A stretch of DNA of 64,000 bases, from positions 25,668,001 to 25,732,000 of the forward strand of contig CM022665.1 in NCBI GenBank assembly GCA_012295275.1, given 5' to 3'. Below the pieces are notes generated by a model, which had not been told where the DNA came from, did not search any database, and saw only the letters and a program-made list of their open reading frames with translations. This document shows positions 14,950 to 29,067 of the stretch, piece after piece. Source of the DNA: Chrysomallon squamiferum (Eukaryota; Animalia; Mollusca). Numbering within the stretch: position 1 is the stretch's first letter; the number at the start of each line of letters is the position of its first letter. The position numbers and the translations under genes were made by a program.

Positions 14950-15476
14950 TAATAATAAATACCCACATTTATTTGCTTCTTTATAATAAAACGTTATTCA
15001 TTGAAAGTGTTAAATCAACAATGCGCTCCAAAACACACACACACACACACAGAAAAAAAAGAAAAAAAAAACATGCCCACCACGTTTTTTAAATGAAGGA
15101 CTACTGCTTTTTCAGTGGCACTATATATAAAAATCAGTTGTAATAAACCTTTCACAGACAGTGAGGTTAAAAGATCTCAGTCAGACGGCAACCGTTGCTA
15201 AACAACTCCGTCTCAGAACAAATAGTGTTGTATTGTATCTGTTATAATGGCCACATTTTGTGAAGTGTTTACACTAAAGTAATATCCCATTCACAAATCC
15301 TATCATTTTATCAGCTTGTTGTATTCACCCGTAATACATGGGTGAATGGATACGCCCATATATACAATATATCTTTGTTCGAATTTTGTACTATGCATCC
15401 ATCTATTCAGCCAGCCAGCCATCCAGTAATCCATTTATCCTGGTGTCTGTTTTTCTGTATATGTATGTGTATAGGC

Positions 15477-15580
<104 letters not shown>

Positions 15581-16267
15581 AATATCTAAATTTATCTGTG
15601 AAGACATTTATAAAAATCGGTTATAATCAAGGAAGAAAGAAATGTTTTATTACTTTTTTTCTGTAAACATTATGGTTAAATATTACATTTTTGAGAGAGG
15701 AATTTCACTAGAACAGTATTTAATACCTCTGCTCAGAGGAAAATGCAGTATCTCTGGTACTGTCTGGGACGGCTTATTATTAGAATGCTGAAGAGGAATT
15801 ATATTGCCACCACCCAAGTTTAACGCTACTTTAAAGTGTATCTGTGGCAGAAAAATAAATCTTGTAATAAAAGTTTTTATACTTGTATAACTTTATTGTT
15901 TTTGGCTACCTATTACCACTCATAACAGAGTGTGACAATAAAATAATATAGATACATAATATGATAGTGCCGATGTGGTTTCCCTTCACAACTGAATCGT
16001 GACGTAATCGAATACAAAAGTTGTTTTCTGACAACAGAAGGAATTTTACAGTAAACTAGTCCGCCCTGTAACCGATGATGTCACGACTGTAGAAAAATGG
16101 CGGTCCCAGATATGTTTGATTGTGCTCTTTTGTTGGTTATTCTATATTTATTTATTTTATTATTATTATTATTATTTTTTTTTTATGCTTTTTTATTTCA
16201 ACTTATCAGAAATGAATAAGAAATAAAACTGAAAGTAAAGCATGCAAAACTGTAAACATCAATCTTT

Positions 16268-16311
<44 letters not shown>

Positions 16312-16929
16312 CTAATTTTAAAAATTTATTCATCTGCATAACTGTTCAAGTTTTCATGACATAATATATTATATACCTTTGTACATTTAACGGCTGCTAG
16401 CAGGCTACGCCTAAGCAACACCAAAACAAAGATATGTTGATGTTGTTGCCAAGAAATGCTGTTGTAGCTCATCTACATGCTGAATGGTCGACTGAACTAT
16501 TCCAGTGAATTCCCAGAATGAAATGGGTGTTATGCAGTTTTTATTAGTTTAGGTGCCACTTTATTATAATTCAGTGGGGCCTAGTGAAAATGTATTAAAC
16601 GTGTCAGCGCTTTTGCTTTTCTTTACAAATTATTTGCTTTTCAGTTTTAATGGCGTCGATTGTGTTGGTTTGTTGACGTTGCGACAAAACAGAAATACAA
16701 CCATAATGAGATAATAAACGCCTTGTTTAAGAATAGTTTCGTACTCAAATAATTTGCTAAACTTTGAAGTAAAATTGATAATTAATTGTTACAGTATTTG
16801 CGATTAAATCAAAAACAAAAATGACATAGCTAAAAGAAAAAACAGTTCACGTTAGATGTAATTAAAATACGTGTTATCGTTAGCTTTAGATCGACAGAAT
16901 AAGAAATCCGATTGCAATACAACGGTGAA

Positions 16930-16997
<68 letters not shown>

Positions 16998-18715
16998 ACA
17001 AGTCAAATAACGTGGATTTTCTGCGACACCACCAATGTTCATCGGCTTCATTTTAACATTTTCTTTAATTAGCGACATACTGGCAGTGTAACTTTTTGCA
17101 ATTTAATTATAGTAATTTATGCATGTTACGCAGGGTTGGTAAACTAATACTCTAACTGTAGTTAGTTACTGTTCTAATGAATGCAAACTTTTATTAGGCG
17201 TTCTTCATCTTTGATTAACCAGAAATAATAATCTTTAAATAGCAAGCAGTCTTTGTTATCTTTCAAGACATAATCACGTACGGAAACCTCTCAGAAGGTT
17301 GGCACAAAAAAATATTTTGTATGCTATATAATTATAGGAATTTATAATTATATCAAAGCCTTTGAAATCATAACTGGAACCAGTAATGTAGATTAGATTC
17401 ACAGTCTTCGAACCTCAGACATAATATACAGATCTGTATCATGATGAGATAGCGTTACAGATACGTCTAAGACTATTTAAACATAATTATCTTTTTGCTG
17501 ATTCACTGCAATGCTTTGTTATACAGATTAGCTGGACACATATATTTTTAATTTGCAGTTAAGACTTCTATTACAGGTTATTTTAGAGGAATTTTATCAG
17601 CTTAATATCACCTTCTTATTAATTTAAGAAGGATAAAGCAAAACTAGATTTTAAGAAATGAGAACCAAAATTACAACTGAACACGTAACTGTTCGAAAAG
17701 TTCTAAACTTTCATAAAACTGAAAACAAAACAAAACCAAAATAAAAAATAATAAATACATAAAAAAAAGATAATAATAATGATGATAATGATGATGATGA
17801 TGATAATAATAATAGTAACAGTAATAAATGTCGAGTTTTTTGTCTTCTTCTTCTTCTGTTTTGTTGTTTTTTTTGTGTTTTTTGTGTTTTTGTTTGTTTA
17901 TCGTTTGACGTCAGTACCAAGGTCCCCCCAATCCAATAAAACGTGTACGAAGTGTAAGACGAAACATATCGATATGCAGAATTGATTTTTTTTTTTTATG
18001 AGCGACTGATGGATGTGTCAGCTATTTTCTGTTTACTGGGTACAATAATAAAATATTTCAGCATAAGGCCGATATTTTAAAATTTTGAAAGAATAATACC
18101 CATCAAGAAAATAAAATATCGCTTTTTTTTTTTTCGGATAGCTGAACGACAGATTAAACTCACGTAACCTACGCAGATATATTGCTATATGCTACAAAGC
18201 AGCGGAAGAATAACGAATAATAACCAGTTATTAATTTTAAAACCGTACGTGCAGTACAATTATTAATTTTTAAATTGATAATACGTGCAGTGTTGTAAGG
18301 TTAAAAAACTGTAGCAAGAATGGATCAACATCATTAACTTATAGGCCATCGTAAAGTAAATTGGATAAATAAAATAAGCATCGACTTATAACAAGCCCTA
18401 AAAAAGCTAAAGCATGTATCAGTCTTATTATGTTTGAAATGTTGTGTGGTTCGATTTATTCAGCTTGTCCGTGCTTTGTTAATACAAGTTGTGACTAGTT
18501 TGTTTGTAAAAGCAAATCATTTCTTTTGCGACTCAAGACGTGTCTTTTATCTCCATTATATAAATCTAATATAATGAAGCACACGCACACGCGTAAAAAT
18601 AATATAATCACATTAAATGATGCTTTCTGAATATATACGTATGTATCTTCATATATATTTTAGCATTTCAGTATATAACAAATCATCTGATAATTTTTTA
18701 AATTGTTAATTTATT

Positions 18716-20197
18716 TTAATCAATGGCCGAGTATAATAAGGCTACATTTTTGAATAATACAACAATACTGAATGTTCTAACGAGAAAGAACGCCATGGAA
18801 ACTGCATATTGAATTGGTGAAGTGCCACCACCCTTTTTATTGTCCATTATGATCAGTACACCAGCGACCACTTCCAAGACCAGTGACACGATGGCCAGAG
18901 CAAAGGACATTCCGAATTCTTTAGACCAGTCCGGTCCATATGTTTCGTCGAAACGAACAGCAAAGATGACCACTGCTATTAGATAGCAGGCCGCTGTGTA
19001 GTAAAAAAATATAAATATAGTCAAAGCATGGCATGGTTGTAATTAACATGTCATTTGAAATAAAAACATTATGAATGGAAAAAAAGAATCTGCTGAAACA
19101 GACATCTTTTCATTTAACCACTTCCCCATAATAGTAATAGTAATAAGAAGAAGAAGAAGAAGAAGAACAACAACAACAACAACAACAGAAAGAAGAAGAC
19201 AAATCGAAGAAGAAAATAACTAATAAAAGAAAAAGATGGAAAAACAATTTATAGATTTGAAAAAAAATATATAAAAAATTCCCAAGATTCTCTGTCAAGC
19301 TGTGTAAAAGAAACTCTACCTGTAACGAAACAGAGGACGGCGTTGACGATGTTGATGTCGCTGACAGATTTACATTTCTGTGTGAACAACTGCAGAACGA
19401 CGATGAGAAATGCGACATTGATACCAATGAAACCAAAAATAGCGAATGCTTGAGTAGCAGAAAACCACTCTAAAATAAGTATGTAAATAAATAAATAATA
19501 AAAATAACATCGAAACAGCAATACTAAAACACCCCAAATATTAAATTAAAAAATAAAACTAATGAAACAATGACAGTAAAGGCAAAAATAAACTATATCA
19601 GTATCAAATTTGTAGTTAAAAACAGAATTCGTTAATATATATATATATTTTTTTAAATTTAAAATAATAATAATAATAATAACATTATAATAATTAAAAA
19701 GAAACAACTAATAAAAACTAAATAAATAAAAGTATTTTAAGACAAACTAAAAATATATTAATAGTTTTCTGGGTTTTTAAAAAAAATGTCTTCGTCTTTT
19801 CTTTTCGTTTCTTTTTTATTATTTAATTCTATCTTTTTTTGTTGTTGTTGTTGTTCTGTTTATTTATTTATTTTGAATAGAAATAAATAAATAACTTCAA
19901 AGATATCTGTTATTGAGAAAAAAATATTTTAAGAATTAAAAATTCTTTGACATATTCTTTTCATCCGTTACCATTTCTTGTACCATCCACCGCAGAACAT
20001 GGTTTCAGAGGATCGGTGTTACTGCATATTCTCCACAAACCAGTTCCACTGAAAATATTAGTGTTAACTGTCGCATATGTTTTACCCCACTCGGCGGTAG
20101 TAAACGCAACCCAATTACAAATCTGAGCCAAAAGTAAAACTATGAAGACAATTTTCATGAACAGTGGGGCTCCTGTAAAACTATCTTTCACTCCCAT
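18716..20197 (-). CDS. PMP22/EMP/claudin-superfamily tetraspan protein, paralogue CL-1a (217 aa)
   Basis: Exons 20197-19972, 19469-19320, 18993-18716; both introns phase 1, GT-AG. Four hydrophobic segments, claudin-type W-x15-GLWRIC-x8-C in loop 1, ATQAF in exon 2, FGMSF in exon 3. Confidence 0.88.
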
Positions 20198-20297
20198 GGT
20201 CTCCAAGGAATATTTTTGTATTCTGAAAAAAGCTGTATCAGAAATGAAAGTATTCTAGAAACTAAGTGGTTTTTATCCATTTTTGTTTTTTGTGTGA

Positions 20298-20308
20298 GTT
20301 GCCACAAC
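20298..20308 (-). promoter_or_regulatory. Shared promoter motif GTTGTGGCAAC upstream of CL-1a
   Basis: The same 11-mer lies ~90-130 bp upstream of the ATG in four array members whose promoters are otherwise unrelated (except the CL-2a/CL-2b duplicate pair). Confidence 0.55.
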
Positions 20309-21657
20309 AGATGTTGCCGTAAACGAAACCAAGTGATGTGTGGTTGTCGGAATCATAAATTATTTTATGTAATAAATGACTTTAAAATGCTATCCAGAAG
20401 CGATAAGTTTTTTTCAGACTGTTGTTTTGAGATAAGAGAGATCTTGTAAAACCAATTTCTCTCTTTACTCGTCAACTGACCTTATAGCACTGTTACATAC
20501 AACTTGGTCTACTTCTAGGATACAATTTTTTTTTTTTTTTTTTTTTAAATATCTGCATAACTGGAAATTCAAACCCCGAATGAAGAAAAAACCCATACCA
20601 ATCAGATAAATAAAAATAAAAATAAAATAAAATAAAATAAATTTAGAAAATTATGAATGTAACTTGTCTTTCATTTTAATAAAACCGGAGTCCATAGATC
20701 TATGTTAAACTGTACCATATGGCAGAACTCATAAATAGACTAATATAATTTCTTATTTTTCCAGTTTATTATTTTTGGGGTGGGTAGGGTGGGGGTGGAG
20801 ACCCATCATCATTAATCCAAATCACATTTGAACGCGGCTATCTTATCGTTCACAATAGGGTCGTGACGTCGTTACATACATTTTGCGGACCCATGGCGTT
20901 TTTTTTATTTTGTTTGACATCGCGGATCGATCCGCCATGTACTCGATGACGTCATGACTACAGAAAAAATATTATACTTTATTATTAATTAAAACTGAAC
21001 AGGACAATATTTAAAAATATATATGTATAAAAAATTACAACCAAACAAACAACAATTAATTATTGCAATTTTCTACACTACATTTAAATAATTTGTTCGT
21101 ATGATCAAAGATACTACTACAACAACAACAATAATAATAATAATAATAATATAATTATTGTTGTTGTTGTTGTTGTTTTTTATTATTATAAATAACATTT
21201 AAAACAGCTTTAATAAATAAATCGTCTGTATTAAACATACGATTCACTGAAAAGTTATATATATTCATAAAAATAGCGTATTAAAGTCATCTTACAATTA
21301 TTCTTATTCTTAAGTGATCTTTTTGATCTTTTTATTGTATTTTCATAATTTGGTAATAAGTGGTGTTAAAGTTAAATAAAACAATTTTTTTTTTAATTTT
21401 TTTTTTTTTAAAACTGTTTGTGTACTCCACCAAACATTCTCGCGTTGATGTGAGTCGTATGCAAAGGCAATATATTTTCCTGTCTGCAAGTTCAATTACA
21501 GATCAGAGATTACAGCATTGCAATGTACTTATAAATCATTTTAAAATGTTCATTAAACTGGGCCTGTTTTTTTTTTTTATGTTCAGTACATTTTAAGACC
21601 ATTGTTGCCACCCCTACACACGAAGAATAAATGCTTATGTTGCGAACAGAGGTATTG

Positions 21658-21711
<54 letters not shown>

Positions 21712-23216
21712 GTTATTAAAACAGTGTAAAACAGACAGACAGACAACACTGGTCGCACACTGTGTAATAAAACAAATAATAAAAAAATTATATCGAAATA
21801 AAAAAAAAGGTTTCTAATTTATGGATTCTTACATTCAGAAAAATGACTGATCTGTAAATCGTTAATCAGATCAATATTATTTCACTCCAAAAGTGACACT
21901 GAAAGCAATAACCCTGCTGCGTTTAGATAACCTTTCGCGAAACACAGAATAAATGTAGATTTAAATTTACTCGAATTTGTTAAAACGTGACAAAGTTTAG
22001 TTTTTCATAACTAATTTACTTTTAACCACATTTTCAAGATTTATTTTATTTTTAATTATTTAATGTAAGACCTTGATTATTTAATGAAAACGAAGGTTTT
22101 TTTTTTTTTTTTATTATTATTATTATTCTTTAAAAAAAAAAAAATATTTTTAATTACATCTTGGATAAATTGATTTCGTTTAAGTTCAGTTTAGTTTCTA
22201 TTTTGAGATCGTCATGGTCGTTCGTTCGTTTGTTTGTTTGTTTTTTTTGTTTGTTTGTTGACTGGCCTTGGATTCTCTGTCTCCCAAGCATCAACCTTTT
22301 CGCTCTCGTTTTATGCCGGCCGAATTCGTGACATCCCTTGTAATAGCGTGGTTGTTACATAACAATGTACTATTCTCGTTTCTTAATGCCGCCCATATAC
22401 ACACACACACACACTGCTTTTCCTTTGTATAAAAACGCAATAACCATTGATTCACTTTGACCTGGAATTATAAACAGATTTACTTTATAACGTGGATTTT
22501 TTGTGAAGGCTGACTGTTCTAAAGCGAGTTTCACTGCCTTATAATGTAGTCGGGTAGCTGTTTATCTTTTCATTTACTAGCTGTGGTAACAGGATTGTGA
22601 ATGACGTATGACGTCTGAAATACAGATCATTACGTCTGCTATGAAGGGAGACGGGAGGTGACTGTTCAGACTCGTTTTCCTTCTAGATGGCTTTGACACA
22701 GACAAAAGAAATCTATAGGAATTGATTGGCAGTAGTATTTGAAATGTTTTAATTATATAATATTAAAAGAACGACTTTTTAAAATTGTGTGTGTGAGTGT
22801 GTGATGCATATTCAAATTGTGAAATATTTATTGAAATGAATAGATAGATGAGTTAATTATTTTCTAATTCCTTTTCCCATTCAGAACTTAAATTATAGAT
22901 AAATTATAGATAAACATGCACTTGACAATCTTTGTCGTTAATTTTTTTTTTTTTTTTTTAAACTCGCAGATCAGAAACATTGTATTTATCTTCTTCGTAT
23001 AAATGTTGATTATTTCAGCGGATAAAAAAAAAAATTACTTGTTTTATTTCCCATAATTATTATTATTATTATTATTATTATTGTTTTAATTTTACATCCT
23101 AGTTTCTGATATGTTTTAAATATCTTTTATTTACTCATAATGAAAATTTTAACATGTTTGAAATGGTTCAACAATTTATAATGAAAATGAAAACTGTTGA
23201 TGCTTCATTATTTCTG

Positions 23217-23309
<93 letters not shown>

Positions 23310-23966
23310 GTGTGCAGTTCTTTTTAAAATTGTTGACAGTAAGATGAGGACTTATTATGAGAATGGTCTGCTCATCGATTCACCACTACATACATTAATA
23401 AATGTGTGTGTAAAAACAACAAACTAACAATTTAGTCCAACTACCAATATAAAATTATAATTATGATAAAAAACAAAACATATTTATCTATTAATTTTTT
23501 TTATTCATGATAAAAAATGATATATTAGGCATGAAAAAAAAAAAAAAAATGTAACTGTTGTTATAGACAGGAATACATAACACGTCTTTGAAGTTAATCT
23601 GTCTTTGTCAGTATTCTCTTATTTCCGAGGAAGAAAAAGGGAGAAAAAAAAATGACTTGTTTTCATTTGTTTTGTTGATGATGGGAGGAAGCAAAGTTAA
23701 TAGTAATTTTAATATTATATATATATAACATATATAATATTAAGAACGTACAAATGTGCTTTATGATATAATTTGGGAAAGCATCACAGACTGCTTCTAA
23801 AATGTATAACAAATAAATAAATAACTTATTTAAATCAATTTTAAAATTTTAAAGTACAGTAAATAAATAAATAAATTATATACACTAAACTAGAACAGAA
23901 ATAAAAGTCACTGAAATTATAAACTTAATTTGTTTCCAGTTCAGGTGCGGATCTTACGAGAACGAA

Positions 23967-25315
23967 TTACGCTGGGGAGGTGCCGCCTTTCTTCGCGCCC
24001 AGAATTAAAAGTATCCCTGCCACTGTAGCCAGGATCAACGCCACAATGGCAAAACCAAAAGACATCCCAAATTTTCCATACCAGTAATAGTCGTCGAATT
24101 TGACAGCGAAAATAATAACAGCCAGTAAATAACCCACAGCTGAAAAAGGAAAAAAGAAAACAAAATTATCTTGTCGTAGCAGTTGTAATTATAGGAGATT
24201 TAATGGTATTAGTAACGGTAATAGTAGAAGTGGTGGTGGCGGTAGTAGGAGTAGAAGTAGTGACAGTTGTAGTAATAGGAGAAGCAGTGTTATTAGTAAC
24301 GGGAATTTTAGTGATAGCAGTAACAGTAGCAGTAGTAATAGTTATAATAGTTGTTATGGTAGTAGTAGTGATGATGGTAGTAGAAGCAACAGAAGCAGCA
24401 GCAGCAGTAGTAGTAATAGTTGTAGTAGTAGCAGTAGCAGTAGCAGTAGAAGCAATGGTAATAGGTATGGTGAAAAGCAGTCGTTGCAACAGTTACGGAA
24501 GTGATAGCTGGGTTAGTTTTAGTAAAAGTAATAGTCGTAGTAGTAGAAACAGTGGTTGTAGTAGTAATAGTAGAGATAGAAGTAATAGTAGTAGAAGGAA
24601 AAGTAGTAGCAGAAGTAGTAGTAGTAGTAATAATAATCATAATGAAGAGAAGATGAAGGCAATAAAACAAATTCGTTCGGGACGTTATTTAGTCCTACTA
24701 CTCGAAGAAGAATAACTCAACAGAAAGGGTCCTCTCTAATTAATTTTTTTTCGAAACATTTAAACGCTGATGTAAATACAAACCTGCTACAAAGCAAACG
24801 ATGGCGTTGACAAAGCTCAAGTCCATACATTTTTTGGCGAAGATCTGCAACACGATGATCAGAAATGACACGTTAATTCCCACGAAGCCGAAAATGGCGA
24901 ACGCCTGTGTCGCAGCCAGCCAGTCTGAAGTAAAATTATATTATATAGCTGGTATTTTGCAGAAACGTAGAAAAAACAACAACAAATAAATAAATAAAAA
25001 TAAATGAATAAAAAATAAAACAGGCAAACAAACACACAAACAAGAAAATAAATAAATAAATAAACCTTTTTAAAATCTGTAAATCGCCTTACCGTTTCTG
25101 GTTCCATCATAGGCACCGCAGTTGATAAAACGATCTGAGTCAGAACACATTCTCCAAAGACCGTAGGTTGTATAAGTATCTGTATTTGTGATTCGTACTT
25201 TTCCCCATCCCGAAGTAGTGAAAGCGATCCAGCTACAAAACTGAGCCAGAAGTAAAATGATAAACGCTATTTTCACGAACAAGCCGGCTCCCATGAAACT
25301 ATCTATGACTCCCAT
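23967..25315 (-). CDS. PMP22/claudin-superfamily tetraspan protein, paralogue CL-2a (178 aa)
   Basis: Exons 25315-25093, 24924-24784, 24139-23967, phase-1 introns. GWG...YGLWRMC..C motif; ends AKKGGTSPA*. Confidence 0.9.
24170..24640. repeat. (AGT/AGC/AAT)n low-complexity tract in CL-2a intron 2 (counterpart at ~35040-35520)
   Basis: Degenerate trinucleotide repeats that generate spurious Thr-, Val- or Ser-rich ORFs. Confidence 0.85.
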
Positions 25316-25390
25316 GTCTACGCAGATTTCTTCAGCAGCCCAAGCAGAGGATGTTATGAATCACGTATAATTTATTTGCAAAGACTCGGC

Positions 25391-25417
25391 CTTTTTATAT
25401 ACCTGTGTTGCCACAAC
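25391..25417 (-). promoter_or_regulatory. TATA box plus GTTGTGGCAAC motif of CL-2a
   Basis: Minus-strand GTTGTGGCAAC (25417-25407) followed by TATATAAAAAG (25401-25391), ~76 bp upstream of the ATG. The same arrangement occurs at 36284-36310. Confidence 0.6.
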
Positions 25418-25966
25418 AAGAATTGATTGGGGGTGGGGGGGTGGTGGAGGGAATTAAAAATGTCTAGTAGTAATAGAATAATAATTCAGGCTAATATTAA
25501 GATGTATGCCTTAGGGTTTTAATCTAACACTTTTCAACGAATGACAATTATAACACACTCAAAAGAAAATCTTTTCAGTTAAATCCAGCATGTAATCGCT
25601 AGAATATTTTAAAACTGTTTTATATGTGTTTGTGAATATTTCAGTGATTATGGCCTCTGGAAACCATTTGACATTTGTGAGATGAGCAATGGGAGGGGCG
25701 TCTTTGAATGTATTTAATATTTTGCTTTTAAAATTATAAAATCAAGGTGGGTCGTAATTTTCAAGCAATGTATCCCATAATCCTATAAAACTAGTATTGG
25801 ACATGCAATAACTCCTAGAGGGATGTAGCAAATCGATCTATGGTGTAAGTACAATCTTTTTATTAAAAACCGTGTTAAGCAGAATGAATGTGAAAACTAT
25901 TCGTTGAAATAAAAGACTAGGCAACGATGACAGAGCAAATTTTTTCTCAACACTCCCATTACTTCT

Positions 25967-26212
25967 TGTGTATGTGTGTGTGAACTGAAATATGTGTGTG
26001 TGTGTGAACTTAAATATATATGTGTGTGTGTGTGAACTGAAATATATATGTGTGTGTGTGTGTGAACTGAAATATATGTGTGTGTGAACTGAAATATATG
26101 TGTGTGTGAACTGAAATATATATGTGTGTGTGTGTGTGTGTGTTTGTGTGAACTGAAATATATGTGTGTGTGTGTGAACTGAAAATATATATGTGTGTGT
26201 GTGTGTGTGTGT
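25967..26212. repeat. Compound minisatellite [(TG)n-AACTGAAATATA] x ~8
   Basis: The unit is visibly reiterated here; the matching site in copy B (~36915-36960) has a single unit. Confidence 0.85.
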
Positions 26213-26254
26213 GCAAAGACACTTATGTATATGTATATATGTAGATCTAAGTAC

Positions 26255-26289
<35 letters not shown>

Positions 26290-26746
26290 TACTTTGTTGA
26301 CAAAAGATAACATTTTATAAGATTTTTCAACTGAAAAGAAGAAAACAAAGTTGGCTGTAATTACCTTTTAAAAATGATTTCATGCGAAACAAATTAAGGT
26401 ACAATAATTTGTTATCTTCTTCTTCTTTTTTTTCCTTTCTCTGTTTTTCTTTCTTTCATTTTTAATTTTATTTATTTATTTATTTATCTTCTTCTTCGTT
26501 TATTTATTTATTTTTTGTTGTTGTGAAACTACAAATGGTTATATATTGAACGATGATAATAGACGTTACTAATAAATGTCTTAGATAAACGTCTATAAAT
26601 AGTAACTCTCTGAAAATATGCATGCATGTATTTATGTATGCATGTGTGTATGAGTGTATGCGTATTTGTATGTCTATACGTCTGTCTGTCTGCATGTTTG
26701 TAAATGATTAGGTAGGTATGTTTATATGTATTTATGTATGTATATC

Positions 26747-26822
<76 letters not shown>

Positions 26823-27375
26823 GTAGTAATGATAGTAATAATAGTAGAAGTAGCATTATTAATAGTAATTAACCAATCAGTCACTACTAGTAATAGTAGT
26901 AGATGTTGTAGCAGAAGTAGAAATCGTATTTCTACTAAAATAGTACTAGTGGTAGTAGTAGGTGTAGTAGCAGAAGTAGTATTAACAGTAATGAATCAGT
27001 CAGTCACTAGTAGTAGTAGTAGTAGTAGTTGTAGCAGTAGCAACAGAAGAAGCAGTACCAGCAGTAATGGTAATATGAAAGAGCCAGTACTTAATCTTCG
27101 ACTCTTATTTCTGTCGCTCTCCCAGTATTCTGCTATCCGCCCAGTGCCTTACCGTGATGCAACCAGCTGCGTGATGCCCAGTGCTACTTCGGAAAAACTG
27201 CCACAGTATTTCATAAGAGAGGACAGAAAAATTCGTTTCCCATTACGATCCGTGATTGCATTAAATGAGAGAACTTAATATTTAAAATGAATTTACCAGT
27301 TTTTTGATAGGTGTCAAACCTTCATGTAGCACAACCAGAATATACGCCCCTGATATTTAATGACATAGCAACCAT

Positions 27376-27425
<50 letters not shown>

Positions 27426-27436
27426 AATAACAATAA

Positions 27437-27475
<39 letters not shown>

Positions 27476-27498
27476 ACAAAATTTAAAGGCAAAGTATA

Positions 27499-27532
<34 letters not shown>

Positions 27533-28152
27533 TTTTAAGTGTACACAGCTGTATTGTATTTTATTGTGTATAAAAAATTGTTATGATCTTATCATACAAA
27601 AAGTATAGACTTACAGAAAGAAGACCAAATCGTGTATGCTTTAGCGCGATATAACAAACAACAACAAAAACCCAACTGATGGCTTGGTTATTTCAGGGCG
27701 TAAGGTTATATTAAGGGGCTTTCTTTGACGAACGAAATAGATCAGTACATAAACGACGTCATTTTTGAGAAGACAGAATAAAGGTTCCTTGTATCCTCCA
27801 TAGAATATATTTAATTATTTCTTTTTTAGAATTTGGAAGTTCTTCAGTACTCGAAAGAAACACTTAAATTACTCGTCCATGCTCACTGAAAGGCCGTTCT
27901 GTAGCTTGAATGCAGCGACCTCTAGTCACCTGCTGAGTAATTATACCCCGACTTGAAGCCTAGATAATATGTAACACACTTGAACGCACAAAATCTCTTC
28001 TTTTTTTTTTTTTTTTTTTTTTTGAATAATTAAATAAGTTAGTCAGAGCAATACTATCCCATAAGAGAATGAATGAATGATAATGATGATGATGATGATA
28101 ATTAATTTAACAACAACAACAACTATAATAATAATAATTTTTTTTTTTTTTT

Positions 28153-28261
28153 CTGCGACGGACACGCCCGCTGACCTGTCAGAACGCGTGCCCGTCGCAG
28201 ACGTGCTTCACAACAGCTTGCTCTGATTAGCACGTTAATTTGTTTCCATTCCATTCCATTC
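28153..28261 (+). mobile_element. Short 5'-truncated copy of a non-LTR retroelement (3' stem-loop plus (CCATT)n tail)
   Basis: Matches the reverse complement of 32398-32519 and is absent at the matching site in copy B (~38550). Hairpin CTGCGACGGACACG...CGTGCCCGTCGCAG. Confidence 0.75.
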
Positions 28262-28518
28262 TTTTTAGCGTTTTCATTATTAAAATTCCTTATTAATAAA
28301 GACAGGTTGGCAAAAAAATACAAAAAATAATAATAAAACATTGATTTAGAAGTACGCAAAATGTATTTAAAGTATTTCTTCACAAAAGGTAAGGTTTAAC
28401 AAAAATGTTATGTTTAAAATATTTAAATAATTAAAATTACTTTTCCGCTTTTGAATTAATCTAAACTCAATTTACAATTTACAGATTATGTTATATTTAA
28501 GTTACAGCTGGTGCCTAC

Positions 28519-28672
28519 CTCCCACAAAGCAGACGAAGGCGTTGACAACAGTCCTATCTTTGGGAGAAGAACATTTGTTTGTGAATATGTGTCGCAAGAG
28601 AATAAGAAATGCCAAGTTGATACCAATAAATCCAAATACAGCAAATGCCTGAGTGGATGCATACCAGAAAAA

Positions 28673-28731
<59 letters not shown>

Positions 28732-29067
28732 GCAATATATAGAGAGATAATACTGAGAGAGAAAGAGAGACAGAGCTTATTTTTGTTTTATGAGAAAGAG
28801 AGTGCATATTTTATATTTTGTGTAAAGGTGACGTTGTATGCCATCTTTACCGTTTCTTGTTCCGTCGAAGGCAGTGCATGGTGACACTGTATTGGTGCAT
28901 ACTCTCCAGAGACCATAGGTGGTGAAAGCTTCAGAATTTAAGTTATAACGTCTTCCCTAACCAGAGAAGCAAAAGGCGATCCAGCTACAAATTTGATCCA
29001 GAAGTAAAACCACAAAGCCGGCTTTAGTGAACTTGGAAGATGCAATAATGCTATCTTTGAGACCCAT
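28519..29067 (-). pseudogene. Claudin-like pseudogene CL-3 (exons 1-2)
   Basis: Exon 1 (29067-28851): MGLKDSII...SG*GRRY...YGLWRVC..C..DGTRN, with TAG (28959-28957) replacing the conserved Trp. Exon 2 (~28666-28519, WYASTQAFAVFGFIGIN...) has no AG acceptor. No exon 3 downstream in copy A. Confidence 0.85.

Larger units (their letters stand above)
18908..28425. repeat. Segmental duplication, copy A (~9.5 kb)
   Basis: Collinear and near-identical to 29709-38720 (e.g. 21300-22440 vs 31210-32390; 23340-25850 vs 34180-36750). Confidence 0.93.

Noticed and set aside
24166-24715. Long Thr-rich (mucin-like) and Val/Ser-rich ORFs, also at 35033-35594, 12000-12331 and 26718-27278
   Set aside because: These are by-products of trinucleotide repeats in intronic or intergenic DNA, open in several frames on both strands.
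25967-26212. Regularly spaced repeats superficially like a CRISPR array
   Set aside because: The spacers are (TG)n tracts, the context is eukaryotic, and there are no cas genes.
27153-27197. Possible 45-nt minus-strand exon (ggcag...cacg|gtaagg) where CL-3 exon 3 is expected
   Set aside because: No similarity to the claudin-like exons, and the phase-1-compatible frame contains a stop codon.
28957-28959. TAG at the conserved Trp of CL-3 could be repaired by A-to-I editing (UAG>UIG)
   Set aside because: The same copy also lacks the exon 2 acceptor and exon 3, and has Ala>Asp in TM1, so ordinary pseudogenisation is simpler.
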